Below are positions 39,555 through 52,977 of a DNA stretch of 64,000 nt, piece after piece. The first letter of the stretch is position 1. Each line of letters begins with the position of its first letter. The notes beneath the pieces are model-generated. The model was not told the DNA's origin, searched no databases, and saw only the letters and a list, made by a program, of their open reading frames with translations. The translations under genes and the position numbers were made by a program. This DNA comes from the human T2T-CHM13v2.0 reference genome, Homo sapiens, in NCBI RefSeq assembly GCF_009914755.1, contig NC_060932.1, one strand, 5' to 3'.

Positions 39555-39760
39555 ATGCATTCATTTATTGACTCATCTTTTCCTTCATTAATACATATTT
39601 ATTGAGCACCTATTATATAACGGACACTATTGTAGGTGAAAGGGACTCAGCAGTGAACCAAAAAATCCTTGCTCTCATGGAACTTACATTCTAGTAGGAA
39701 TAAAAAAAATATATACATAACATCAGTGGTGACAATAATTATGAAGAAAAATAAAGGAAA
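39555..39760 (-). mobile_element. L2 3' end (element resumes at 45378-45650 and 46800-47890)
   Basis: cattcatttattg...atttattgagcacctattat...ccttgctctcatggaacttacattctagt. Confidence 0.8.
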
Positions 39761-42700
39761 CCAGGGTTTCCAGTCAGAATGGAGTAAGAAGGACCATGAC
39801 CCTTCTTTCTGAGACATTCGAACTATTTACAAAATATAAAATGCAATGGTTTTGAAGACACTGAACATTAGGCAACAAAGGACAATGATTCCTGAGAGAC
39901 AAGAAACAGGTGAGCTCTACAGTAGTCCCAACTTGAGAGAATTTCTAGGTCAAGGCACAAGGAGGAGGAACAGATGGAGCCCAGAAGACATTTTTAGTTG
40001 AAGAGACAGAGAGCTTGGAGTCCAGGGAAACCAAGGCAGATAGTTGCCAAAATGGAGTAGAAACAGAGAGAGATGCAAGGAGAGATAACTTTGGATATCA
40101 GGACAGGGCTCCTACTGAGTAGTCAGCTGAGTACTGATCAGCATGTATGTGTGTGGAAAATGTCCAAGACCAGGGAAAGAACCATCCGAAAGGATTGAAG
40201 GAAACAGTGCCCACTGCTCACACAGGGCCAGAGACAGTGCCTATTCCCATCAGCCGCACTGTAAAACCTTATAACTCAGAGCCTTGCCTCAGTAGTGAGG
40301 AATGCCTAGACTGAGCATTGCTTTGGTTCCATCTAACAAATCTTAAGCCCAAGACCCGAAAGAAGTCAAACTGTTTCCAAGTCACTTGACTCCACCACAG
40401 AACTAAGCTCAAGAATATTTATATGAAAACACAAATATCCAGCACCTAAGTAATATTCACAATGTCTGACAACTGATCAAAAATTACCAGGCATACAAAG
40501 AAATAGGAAAATATAACCCACAATGAGAAAAAAAATCAATCAATTGAGATCAACTCAAAAATGACACAGATATTAGAACTGGCAGACAATAACATTAAAT
40601 GGTTATTATGACTGTAATTCAAAGAGTTAAGTAGAGACATAAATGATAGAAAGATAATTGGAATTCTATAGATGGAAACTACAATGTGTGAGATAAAATT
40701 ACACAGTGTGGGATTAAAATCCCATTAGACATTTCGGAAGAAAATGGTAGCAAATTTTGAATACATATCAATAAAATCTATTCTAAATGAAACTCAGGGA
40801 GACAAATAACTTTACAAATAAACACAGCATTACTAAGTTATGGGATAACTCCAAGTGCTCTCACGTATGTGTAATTGGAGTCAAAGAAGGAGAGGAAAAA
40901 AGGGAAGACAGAAAAATATTTGAAAAAATAATGGCTAGAAATTTTCCAAATCTAATAGTCAAATTGCACAAAACCAACAATAGAGAGAAAACTTTGAAAG
41001 CAGCCAGAAAAAGAAGCCCACATTTTGGGTACAGCAGAACAGGATACTATGTGAGCAGATAACTCATCAAAAACAATGCAAGCCAGAAAGCAGTGAAGCA
41101 ACAACTTTAAGTTACTGAAAGAAAAATTTGTCAACCTAGAATTCTGCAGAAGCAAAGATATCTTTTAAAACCAAAGGCAAAATAATAACTTTTGAGACAT
41201 GAAAAAGCTGAGAGAATTTATCACCAGAAGATCCAGAGTACAAGAAATGTTAAAGAAAGTCCTACAAGCAGAAAAAAAAATGATACTAGATGGAACTAGA
41301 TATCTACAGAAAAGGATGAATAGCCCTGGATACGGCAAATACATAGGGAAATATGTAAAATTGTTTTTTATTATTTAAATATCTTTTAAAGATAGCTAAT
41401 TATATAAAAATAATAACAATGTAGCCTGGGGTTCATAACATAAATAAAAGTAAACAGTGTAGCAACAACAGCACAAAGAACATTAGAAGAGAAATAGAAG
41501 TATATTATTATAAAGCTCTGATGTTATTCATGAGGTACTTATAATACCACTTAAAGGTAGAATGATAAACTAAATATGTATATTAAAAATCCTAAAGCAA
41601 CCACTAAAATAACAAAACAAAGAGTTATAGAAAATCACTTTATAAATTAAATAATAAAAATAATCAATTACTCCAAAAGATAGTAGAAAAGAAGAAAATA
41701 ATAAAAAGAATAGATAAAACAAATATAAAAAACTAGCAAAATAATAGATTTAAGCAACTATATTAATAGTCACATTAAGTGCAAAGGTCTGAATACTCCA
41801 ACAAAAAGCAGAGATTTTCAGCTGCGTACTGCTCACAAGAAACTTTAAATATAAAAGCACAATTATATTAAAAGCAAAAGCATGGAAAAAGTACTATGCT
41901 AACACTGATCAAAAAACACTGCAATGGCTATACTACTATCAAAGTAGATTGTAGAGCAAAGAATATAATCAAAGGTAAAGTAGGTTATTTCATAATGATA
42001 AAAGGGCCAATTCATCAAAAAGACACAGCAATGCCAAAAAGGTAATGCACCTAATAATAAAGTTTTAAACTACATGAAGCACAGACTGACAAAACCGTAA
42101 GCAGAAATAGACAAATCTCCAATTTTAGTAAAGAATTTCAATGCTTACTTCTCAATAATTGGTAGAACAAACAGAAAGGAAATCAGTAAGGACATAGACT
42201 ATTTAAGCAACTTTATCAACCAACGGTACCTAATTGATATTTATAGAAAAGTACACCCAAAATAAGTACAAGAAAGGAAATAATAAAGATGACAGCCAAA
42301 ATCAATGAACTAGAAAACAGAAAAGCAATATAAATATTAATAAAATCAAAAGATGTTTTTTGAGATCAATAAAATTGATTAATTTCTAGCCAGATTAATC
42401 AAGAAAAAGGAGAGAAAACATGAAATACCAATATCAGGAATTAGAGAGGTTATATCACTACAGATTCTGCAGATATTAAAAGGATAATCAGAGAATCTTA
42501 CGAAAAACTTCGTGCCAATAAACAAGCAACTTAAATAAAATGGACATGTTCTTTGAAAGAAAAAAACCATCAAAGCTCAATGAAGAAAAAGTTGGTAACT
42601 TAAGTAAACTTATATGTATTAAATAAATTTCTTCCCACCAAGAAAATTCCAGATGCAGATGATTTTGCTGGTATATTCTATCAAAATGTTAAGGAATAAA

Positions 42701-43298
42701 TAATAACAATTCAATACAAACTCTCCCAGAAAATTGAAGAAGAGAAACACTTCCTAATTCATTCTCTGAGGTCAGGGTTACCCTGATACCAAAACCAGAT
42801 AAAGATATTTCAGTAAAACTACAGACCAATATCCCAACAATTGGATGTCTATAGGAAAAAAAGTAAACTCCAATCCATACCTTAGCATGATATACAACCT
42901 GCTTCATTTTCTTGACAGGTTGCATGTAGAGAGGGAGAGGAAGAGAGAAGTCAAACATGATTCTAGCTAATTAAAAATGGATCATAAACCTAAATATACA
43001 GCCTGAAATTATAAAACTTCTAGAAGAAAATACTATATAAGTAAAAGCTTTTGTCCCTGGGTTAAGCAAAGATTTCTTAGGTCTAACACAAAAGCAGTAT
43101 CTATAAAGGAAGAAATTGATATATCAGACTTCAAAATTTAAAACTTCTGATCTTTGAAAGACACTGTTAAGAGCATGAGAAGACATGCCACACACTGGGA
43201 GGAAGAGCATACATCTGATAAAGAATGTGTATCCGGAGTATATAGAGAACTCTCAAGATTCAAAAAGAAGAAAATAGATAACCCAGTAAAATAATGGA

Positions 43299-43845
43299 TT
43301 GGTGAACACACCCTAAGATGACCTCCAATGAGTCATGCCCTTGTTTAATCATCTGCCTTTGAGTACACATAGATTCTGCAACTTGCTTTTAACCAATAGA
43401 ATATGGCAAAGATGATGGGCTATCACTTCATGATTACCTTATGTTACGTAAGACTCCGTCTTAGCAGACTTGCCTGCTGGCCTTGAAGAAGCAAAAAGCC
43501 ATGTTTTAAACTGCCTATGGAGGGGGCCACATGGCAAGGTATGGCAGACAACGTCTAGCAGCTAAAAGACAGCTAGTAGGAAGCCAGGGCCCTCAGTCAC
43601 ACTGCTCCAAGATAATCCTGCCAACAACCTGATATGCTTGGAAGTGGATTTGTCCCTAGCCTAGCCACCAGATGAGAAATCAGCCTGGCTGACACCCTGA
43701 TTACAACCTGGTAAGACCCTGAGCAGAGGACTCGGCTAAACTGTGCCCAGACTCCCAATGCACAAAAACTGTGGGATAACAAATGAATGTTGTTTAAAGC
43801 CACTACGTTTGTGATAGCTTGTTATACAGCACCAGAAAACTAATA
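43299..43845 (+). mobile_element. MaLR LTR (MLT1E-like) nested in L1M
   Basis: ctaagatgacctccaatga...aaccaatagaatatggcaaa...tgtttaaagccactacgtttgtg...gaaaactaata. Confidence 0.85.
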
Positions 43846-44531
43846 GTCATGCAACACGTAACAATGTTTTGGTCAGTGATAAATCACATATATGATGGTG
43901 GTCTCACAAGATTATAATTCCATATTTTTACCGCACCTCTTCTACTTTTACATGTATAAACACTTGCCAGTATGTTACAGTTGCCTACAGTATTCAGTGC
44001 AGTCACATACTGTACAGGTTTGTAGCCTAGGAGCAATCAGCTATGCCATCTAGCCTAGTGTATGGGAAGCTACGCAGATTGAGTATCCTTTATCTGAAAT
44101 GCTTGGAACAAGAAGTGTTCCAGATTTCAGACTCCTTTAGATTTCGGAATATTTGCATGTACATAATGAGATATCTTGGGGATGGGACCCAAGTCTAAGC
44201 ACAAAATTCATTTACATTTCATATAAACCTTTCATGACTATCCTGAAGGTAATCTTATACGTATTGTATAATAACGGGCATAAAGCAAAGTTTTGACTGC
44301 AACCTGTCACATGAGGTCAGGCGAGGAATTTTCTACTTGTGGCATAATGTCGGCACTCCAAAAATGTTTCAGATTTTGTAGCATTTCAAATTTCAAATTT
44401 TTAGATTAGGGATGCTCAACCTGTACCACTTAAGTTTATGTAAGTACACACTATGATGTATTCACAATGACAAAATCACGTAAGAATACATTTCTCAGAA
44501 TGTATCCCCATCATTAGGTGACACATTACTG
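43844..44531 (+). mobile_element. Tigger3a/MER7A-like MITE
   Basis: Inverted termini agtcatgcaacacgtaacaatg / catcattaggtgacacattactg; internal acaggtttgtagcctaggagcaat. Confidence 0.85.
44075..44423 (+). mobile_element. Tigger4b/MER46-like MITE nested in Tigger3a
   Basis: TIRs cagattgagtatcctttatct / agattagggatgctcaacctg followed by TA. Confidence 0.88.
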
Positions 44532-45650
44532 TCCACAGACAAAACTTCTGAACAGATGCTTCACCAAATGAAGTATATGGGTGGCAAATAAGCACATGAA
44601 AAAGATGCTAAAATAATAAGCACATGAAAAAGATTACTAAAATAATTAGTAATTAGAAAAATCCAAGTTAAAACCACCATGAGATATCACTACATACCTT
44701 TTAAAGTTGCTGAAAGTGTTGGCGAGGACATGGAGGAACTGGAACTCGCCTTCACTGCTAGTTGATCTGTAAAATGTAAAAAGCTTTGTTGGAAAACAGT
44801 TTGACAGTTTCCTAAAAATTAAATATACACCTACCAGTCATTCCTCTCCTAGGCATGTACCCAAGAGAAAGGAAAACATGTGTTCATACAATGCCTTGCC
44901 CATGAATGTTCACAGCATCTTTATTTGTAACAGCAAAAACTAGAAATGTCCCACACAGCAGTAGGTGAATAGACAGGTACACAATAGAATACTACTCAGC
45001 GATAAAAAGGAATGAACTACCGATACCTGCTACAACATGAAGAAGTCTCTAAATAATTGTGTTGAGTGAAAGAAACCAGGCAAAAAGGAATATATACTGT
45101 TTGATTCTACTTGTATTAAATTATAGAAAATGCAGACTAATCTATAGTCACAGAAAACAGATCCGTAATTGCTTGTGTATGGGAGAGAGGCAGGAGGGAG
45201 GATTACAGAGCAGCTCAAGTCAACATTTGCCAGTGATGGATAGGTTCATTACCTTGATTGTGGGGATGGTTTTGCTGATGTATATGTTATATCAAAACTT
45301 ATCAGATATGTGTAGTTTACTGTGTGTCAATTATACCTTAATAAAGCTCTCAAATTTAAAAAACAAAAAGAATAATTGGGGAATAGAGAATGACAAAGGG
45401 TGGTGTTTTTGATAGGAGGTTCATGGAAAACTCTCTGGGAAGGTACCATTTGTGTAGACCCAAATGAAGTGAAGGAGTGAACAATGTGACCAGCTTTGGA
45501 GAAGAACATTTCAGGTAGCAGGAAGAGCAGATGCAAATGCCCTAGACTAGGACTGTGCTGGGCACGTTAGAGTATGATGTGGCTGCAAGAGAGTGAACAA
45601 AGGGCAAAGGAGGTCAGAGAGGTAGAGAAGGCCTAGATCATGTAGAACTT

Positions 45651-45986
45651 ATCGTTTTTTCACTGACCCGGTGAGGTGGGGGTGGGGGGCAAGCCCCAAG
45701 GGGCTCTTGCATCTGGCACCAAACACCTGGCTGCACGCCACCCAGGCACAACCCGCTCCAGGGACAGTGCCAGGTGGAGAGTTTAACTGGGGCAGTACAC
45801 TGTCAAACAGTAACGCAAGTGTCCTAAGGTGAGCTCAGGGAGCACAGAAACCTCCAGTGGAACAGAAGGGCAAAAGCTCATTTGATCCTGATTTTCAGTA
45901 TGAATACAGACCGTGAAAACAGGGCTTCACAATCCTTCAGACCTTTTGGGTTTTAAGCAGGTGTCAGAAAAGTTACCATAGGGATA
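45651..45986 (+). pseudogene. 28S rRNA fragment (domain V), CpG-depleted retrocopy
   Basis: Colinear with mammalian 28S: cactgacccggtgagg...gacagtgccaggtgg.gagttt.actgggg...gattttcagta.gaatacagaccgtgaaa...gtcagaaaagttacca.agggata. Confidence 0.95.
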
Positions 45987-46395
45987 GACTGGATAAAGAA
46001 AATGTGGCATACATACACCATGGAATGCTATGCAGCCATAAAAAAGAATGAGTTCATGTCCTTTGCAGGGACATGGATGAAGCTAGAAACCATCATCTTC
46101 AGCAAACTAACACAGGAACAGAAAACCAAACACTGCATATTCTCACTGGTAAGTGGGAGTTGAACAATGGAGAACACATGGACATAGGCAGGGGAACATC
46201 ACACACTGGGGCCTGTCAGGGGGTTGGGGGGCAAGGGGAGGGAGAGCATTAGGACAAATACCTAAGGCATGTGGGGCTTAAAACCTAGATGACAGGTTGA
46301 TAGGTGCAGCAAACCACCATGGCACATGTATACCTATGTAACGAACTTGCACGTTCAGCATATGTATCCCAGAACTTAAAACAAAAATAAAAATA
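45983..46395 (+). mobile_element. L1PA (about L1PA7-8) 3' end fused to the 28S fragment
   Basis: gatagactggataaagaaaatgtggca...gcaaaccaccatggcacatgtatacctatgtaac...cccagaacttaaa plus A-rich tail. Confidence 0.93.
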
Positions 46396-46799
46396 ATATT
46401 GGAAAAAGGAAGTATTTGCTTGCAGAAGAAAATAAGTAGAAATATATATGGAATAAAATCTCAAATGCCTATGGGATAGCCAGTAACATAACACTGGTAT
46501 AAAAATAAGAGACTATAGTAGACTTTGTGGCTAAATGCGCTGACTAAATATATTCAAGCCAAAACAGCAGGCAAAACAATATGACAACCACAATATTTAA
46601 GCCAAATAAAACGTATTTGCAGTTTGAATTTGGACCCAAAGGCCACCAATTTTTATCCCTGGCATAGAGGTTCCCAATTAATAAACATTAGGAATACATA
46701 ATTTACATTACAATGTTATATCCAATGTTGTCTTCAATATACTATCCATTTATGTTATACTAGTTGTCATTTTCCCACAAAAAAAAAAGAACTTATCCT

Positions 46800-47890
46800 G
46801 AGAGAGATGGGGATGGCTTGGATTGTTTTGCACAGTTGTGACATGATCCCATTTATGTTTTAAAATTAACATCTAAACCATGACTATCATTCCCAACTAT
46901 AAAAAGGAAGGAAGGAAGCAAGGAAACCAGTTAGTGGACTGTTGAAATTGTTAGGCAAGAGATCATGGTGACTTGCTCCGAGATGACTATGGTAGAGTTC
47001 AGGAGAAGGGGTAGGAGGAAGGATTACTTCAAAAGTAGAGCTGCCTCATTTTTTTTTTTTTTTTTTTTGGCAGGTTGCATGTAGAGAGGGAGAGGAACAG
47101 AGAAGTCAAAAATTATTTTTAGATTTTTTTTGGTCTGGACATCTGGAAAAAAAATAATTTTCCCATGACAAAGATGAGGAAGTCTGAGTTGTCAGTTTCT
47201 AAGATGCACTCAGATTTGTCTATGGTGAGTTTAAGGTACTTGCTAGACAACCAAGCAGCAACACTGGGCAAGCTGGATATATCAGTCTGTAATAAAGGGA
47301 GGGAAGTCAGAGGTGGGACTGGAGATATAAATTTGGGGAGGAACCCAGAGAAGAGCTATTAGAACTGAGCACCCTGGGGAACTCCAGCATTAAAAAGTAA
47401 GGAAGATAAGGGAAAACCAAGAAAGACAACTGTTAAAGAACAAGAGCGAGCCAAGGGAAGAAAGTATTTCAAATAATACAGTGATTAGTTGTGACAAATA
47501 CAGCCAGCAGGTCAACAGGAGGACTCTGAGTTGACCAGTCAAATTAGTAATGGGCAACCTTGCTAGGAGCTATTTCAGTGAGGTAGTAGGAATGAAAGCT
47601 TGATGGGAATGGGTTCACGGGAGAATTAGAGGTGAGAAAGTAGATACAGAAAGTATCGACAAGTTTTGCTGTCAAAGCAAGCAGAGAAATTGAACAGTAA
47701 TTGAAGAGGGACGTGGGGGTCAAGGGAGTTTTTTTTTAAGATTGAAGATATTATGGCATGTTTGTATTCTGATGCGAACACTCCAATAGAATGTAGAGAG
47801 GTAAAAATTAATGATGCAGGAGAGAGAGAGAGGACAACTGCAGGGGAAAAAAAAAGTCCTTGAGCTTTGGGAGCTGTAGGAGATAAAGAT
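46800..47890 (-). mobile_element. L2 LINE, continuation
   Basis: gacatgatcccatttatgttttaaaa...ggagatataaatttggg...aaagcttgatgggaatgggttca. Confidence 0.7.
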
Positions 47891-49420
47891 GAAGAAGTGA
47901 GAATAATGTACCCATGGAGGGCTCTTACTCAAATGTACCACTCCAGATCAGGACCCAAGAGGAAGGGAAAGGATCAGGAAGCTAACACTGATGAGTGCCT
48001 ATGACATCTCAGGCACTTCCTGGTTATTCTTTTCAACCAGACTAGGAGTGATTCTTTTCAGCTTCCCTTTGCAGGTGAGGCAATTGAGGTTCTAAGAGAT
48101 CAAATGACCTTCTGCATTGCCCATGGCCAATCCCAGCTACACAGAGGCTGCAAGAGGTCATCTTGAGCACACAGCAGCTGCCCCTTCACCCTCCACACTT
48201 CCAGACCTGCTTACATGATAATGTCCAAACGCTGAGGCTGGTCTGAACCAAGACTGTGCAAAGAACAGTTTGACTCTCTCTACTTGGGCTGCAGTTCAGC
48301 TACATAGTGGAACACGGACTATTGGTTTTCTTACCATCTTCTTTCCTCAGAGCCATAAAACCACAGAACACTAAAGCTAAAAGAGACCTCAGAGATCACT
48401 CAGCCCACCACCCCCTTTTTCCTAAAAGGAAACTGAGGCAAAAGGATACTTAGGCCCAGACTCAAAGACAAAGCAGAGACAATTGTCATCTCATGGCCTG
48501 TGAGCTGTCAAACACCATTCCTCTCTCGTCCCCAGAGACATGAGTACACGCACCGTGTGTACAAAACCGATTTGAAGATGCAGATTGGCTACATCCAATT
48601 TCATCCAACTGTCCTGGAAATTTAAGAGCTCTGCTGACAAGCACAGAGCAAAGAGTAAATTGTTCCCCTGAAAGAAATAGTCTTGGAAATGGCCTCGCCT
48701 GTCCCTGTCCAAGGTGCTAGGCATGCAGAGGCCATGAGGAAGAAGCATGTGTCTGCCAGGCCCAAATGCAACCTTCTTGTGAAAGGAGAGGGGAGGGAAG
48801 GCTAGGGTTTAGAGAGAAGGCAGATAAGGGACCCCCTGAAATCTGTCAGACTTGGAAATTGATTGGCACCTTTGCCCAGGACTTCCTGTGTACCTCCTGC
48901 AAGTTTACTTTCCAAGGTAACTAGGTGTTATTGCAGGAGATGCATGCCGACCACTAAAGAATGTTCCTGCCCACTCTGGGTTTACAGAGAGAGAACAAAA
49001 GAAACAGAAGTTTGAAGTAACAGCACTACTTTCTTTTTATTTATTTTTTCTTACAAACCCCGCAGATGGCATCTGAAGACACAATTACTCTCAGGGAGAC
49101 CTGGGCACATTCTCCAAGTGCCAGGGCCTCCCACACAGGGTATCGGCTGCCCCAAGCCCTGACCCTCTGACATGCCAAATGGATTCACCCAAAAGTAGAT
49201 AAAACAGAACTCCACAGATTAGATCAGTGGTTTTCAAGCAGTCTTTTAGAAGCAGAAACATCATTTCAAACAAAATCTGATCAGAAGACAGCAACCACTA
49301 AAGACACTGTGCTTGAAGCCAAAGTGGGGGCTACACACCCTATGCCCTCAACCCACCCCATGCCTTGGAGATACCTCTGTAGGATGGTGGGGTTCACTGA
49401 CAAGTCAAAAGTCACTTGGT

Positions 49421-49545
49421 TGCCAGGCACAGTGGCTCACACCTGTTGCTGCAGCTACTTGGGAGGCCAAGGCCGTAGGATCATTTGAGTCCAGGAGTTT
49501 GTTTCCTGCCTGGGCAACATAGCAAGACCCCATCTCTCTTTAAAA
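49421..49545 (+). mobile_element. FLAM (free left Alu monomer), followed by a CA-rich tail
   Basis: gccaggcacagtggctcacacctg...gcctgggcaacatagcaagaccccatctc. Confidence 0.85.
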
Positions 49546-49929
49546 CACACACGTATACACACATACACACACACACCCCACACACAAACGATTAGGTTAA
49601 CTCACAAAAGGCCTGTAGAGCTCTGTTCCATCTCACTCTTTAGGAGGCAGATAGCCCTGTCAAGTCCCAGTCTGTAACACATCACATTGTGTCCTTCCAC
49701 CCTTAGTAGTAAGACCCTACTCTCCAGTTGCAAAAATCTCTGGTCACAAACAAACCTGAACTGCACCACATTTTTTTAAATAACACTCTGCTCTTTCCCG
49801 TACCCTTCATTCAGTTTATCAGTGACTGACATGGGCTGGCTTTCATTTCCAGGTTCCACCTTGCCCTGGCATGCACCTAGGATTGACCTCCTTGCCTCTG
49901 TCTCTTTGAATGGACCTCTGGTACCTCTC

Positions 49930-50330
49930 CATAGCAGATGCTGTCAATGACCTGTCCATATCCCTGTGTTGGTACATGCCAGTTGTGTCCTGCTGCAAGC
50001 ACATATACCTCCCTGCCTGAGGGATTTCTTTCAGTTTGCAAATCTACAGGAGATGCTGAGAGTCAATGTTCTTGGAGTAGCCATCAGCCAATAATCCTTG
50101 AGCAAAATAAGTCTGTGGAGTGTTCTAATCTATTTCCAGTTTCCCAGTAGAATTGAGCCCAGATTCTCACAGCGGGAATTTATACAATAATACATCCTTT
50201 TCAGCTTTCTTCCTTCCCTGTCTCACTTCCCCACTCCCTACTGTGTTTCCAAGGATCACCTCCTAAATAAACTACATGCATCCATCTACTTGGCTCAGAA
50301 TATGCTTCTGGGAGAACCCAATCTAAGATA
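49930..50330 (+). mobile_element. 5' LTR (LTR16-like) of ancient ERVL provirus
   Basis: agcagatgctgtc...ctgtccatatccct...aataaactacatgca...ctgggagaacccaatctaagata, followed by PBS-like tggtgccagaa. Confidence 0.8.
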
Positions 50331-50592
50331 TTTGGTGCCAGAATAAGAGTAGGAAGCAGATCTTCAGCATAAGGTGCTAGAATAGGATCACATGCCAACC
50401 AGATGCTAATGAGGACCCCATGGCTGGTGACAAATGGGATGGGGTGCAGACAACCCTGGCACACCATGGCATCACAATTACTAAAATGCTCACCTGTAGT
50501 GAAACGCATTGAGATGGAGTCCAAGTGGAAGGAAATGCACTGGCTTATACAATAGGTCTAGCACAGTGTTACTCAAAGTGTGGTCCATAGGC

Positions 50593-50891
<299 letters not shown>

Positions 50892-52859
50892 ATATGCCTT
50901 TTTTATTTTGTTTTTTTTTTTTAGAAATTCATCAGTCCACAAAGTATTGCTTAAACTATTCCTTTACAACAAATAGTCTGAGAAGTACTGGCCTAGACTT
51001 GAAAACAACGGGAGTAATTTTAGTTATGACAATTGTGAAGTTAGTTAAGTGTTGTTAACTGCCCCCAAAGTTCTGAAGGAAAAATATGATAGGTTCAGGC
51101 CAACTGAGCTATCAACTTGAAATTCAGAAGGTCTCCAGGAGCATGTTAGAGAGAACCTCGTCTCCTCCAGCTGAGAGGCAGACTGAACAGAAATTGGGCT
51201 CAATATATGACTAACAGGGTGGCAGAGATGCAAAGAAAGCTGCATTCAAAGCCTTCAATGCTAATGGGATGGCCCCCATTAGAAATGAATGGAACCCTGA
51301 GACCTGTGATAAAGACATTTAGATTGACTCACTTGAGAACCTTGAAGTCCCAGATTCCCCTAATCCCTTGGGCCAGCAGAAATACCACCTCCCCCATGGA
51401 GAGGAGACACTGTTTATTGGCCTGGATCCATGAAAAAGCCTCACTAAAAGCTAATGACTCACAAAATGATGATTACTGTCCCCCAGGGCTGCCTGCACTT
51501 CCCCTTGTTGTTTCTAAACCAATATCTAAGAACAAGTCTCAGCATGAATTGACTAGACAAATATGTCACTTCTTATGGAAGGAAATAGATTATTCCAAAA
51601 AAAAGAAGCTGCTGCAAATCCAGCAGGAACTTGGAGAATATGCCTGGGAATTAATCTTGAGTGTGCTGGACTGCATGGGTGGAATACAAGGTTAGGTTGT
51701 GGACAATTCATTGACATGAGAACACTTTCCTATGACTCAAGATTGAATGCCCTGGCAAAGACATTCAGAGCCAGTCCTAATGCACTGTTGGCATGGCTCC
51801 TTGAAGCTTGGAAACAATAACAGCCTATAGTATATGAGGTGGAAATGCCAGAACTGCCTTGGCAGGGTATTGAGGAAAGGAACAAAAGGCTCAGAGAGGC
51901 ACCTTGTTGAATTGAATTTACTGTGTTATACCAGGGAACACGCTAACTATGTTCTCCAGGGAGGCCTGGAGGACATTGCCTTCAATAAAGCAATAAAGAA
52001 ATGGGGCACTGTGATCAGTAGTTCAGTGGTGGCTATTGTCTGAGGCCAGGAAAAACAGTGGGAGATGCTGCCGTGGCTCCCAAATGTCAATGGGGCTGGG
52101 ATTCTAGAATAGCCAGGACAACGTCAAAAGCAAAGTGAATGCAATTACGTGATGGGCAGCAAGGCTGGAATCATAACCAGGAGGAGGTGGGGTGGGGGGA
52201 GACTTGTTGCAATGACTAATAATCCTCGATGTTTCCAGAGGTGAGATAGATGTTCTTTGCCAACAAAGGTATTGCTTGGCTTATATAAACTAAAATGATC
52301 AAGACGGGGTGAGAAGGCTGATGTCAGTGGCTAGAATAGAACATTATAATCCCTCATCCAGTTTCCAGATCTGAGATAGTTCTTGGACTCACAGCCCATC
52401 GGTGAAAGAAGAGATCAGGGCCCCTTTGATAAAGGGTACTGAAAATGCCACAGAAAGTATATACAGTACCAATACTCTCATTCCTACCCTAAATGGACTT
52501 TTGGCCATTTATCAGAGTAACTGTATAATGGGAAAAAGATAATGCCCAGAAATTTCAGAGACTGCTGGATACAGGATCTGCACAGACTGAAACTGATACC
52601 AAGGGATCAAAAACACCATCCTATTTGAGTGGAAAGCATAGAAATATTATTTAATCAATGGACTCCCAGTAGATGTTCACTTCATAGAGGGTCCAGTGGG
52701 TTTACAGCCTCACTCTGTGGTCATTTCTCAGGTCCTTTTATGCATAATCTAGATGAATGCACCTAGAAGTTGGCAGACCTCTCACATTGGCTTCCTGGCC
52801 TGTGTAGTATTTGTTGGAGTAGAAAAGGCCAAGTGGAAGCCTCCCCACCTTTCCTGCCA

Positions 52860-52970
52860 GCAACACATACCCACACACTCACACACACATACTCTTACAC
52901 ACACTCAAACACACCCACATACATACACTCACACCCACAAACACCCACACCCACACACATACACATACTC
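52860..52970. repeat. CA-rich degenerate repeat (resumes 53690-53755)
   Basis: Seen directly; source of HT-rich ORFs. Confidence 0.85.
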
Positions 52971-52977
52971 TTACCGC

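Larger units (their letters stand above)
39765..45365 (+). mobile_element. Ancient, internally deleted near-full-length L1M (L1MD/MC-like)
   Basis: ORF1 remnant CVIGVKEGEEK...KIFEKIMARNFPNL (40787-41062); endonuclease-like region about 41760-42260; RT region deleted near 42840; 3' end tgtcaattataccttaataaagct. Confidence 0.88.

Noticed and set aside
44587-44643. 28-29 bp tandem duplication within the L1M
   Set aside because: Real but ordinary slippage in A-rich sequence.
45651-45986. Functional rRNA gene or contamination
   Set aside because: Short fragment with indels and CpG decay, embedded in genomic repeats; it is a pseudogene.
51207-51820. Domesticated gag-derived gene
   Set aside because: Gag-like residues are split across frames with stops; no long intact ORF.
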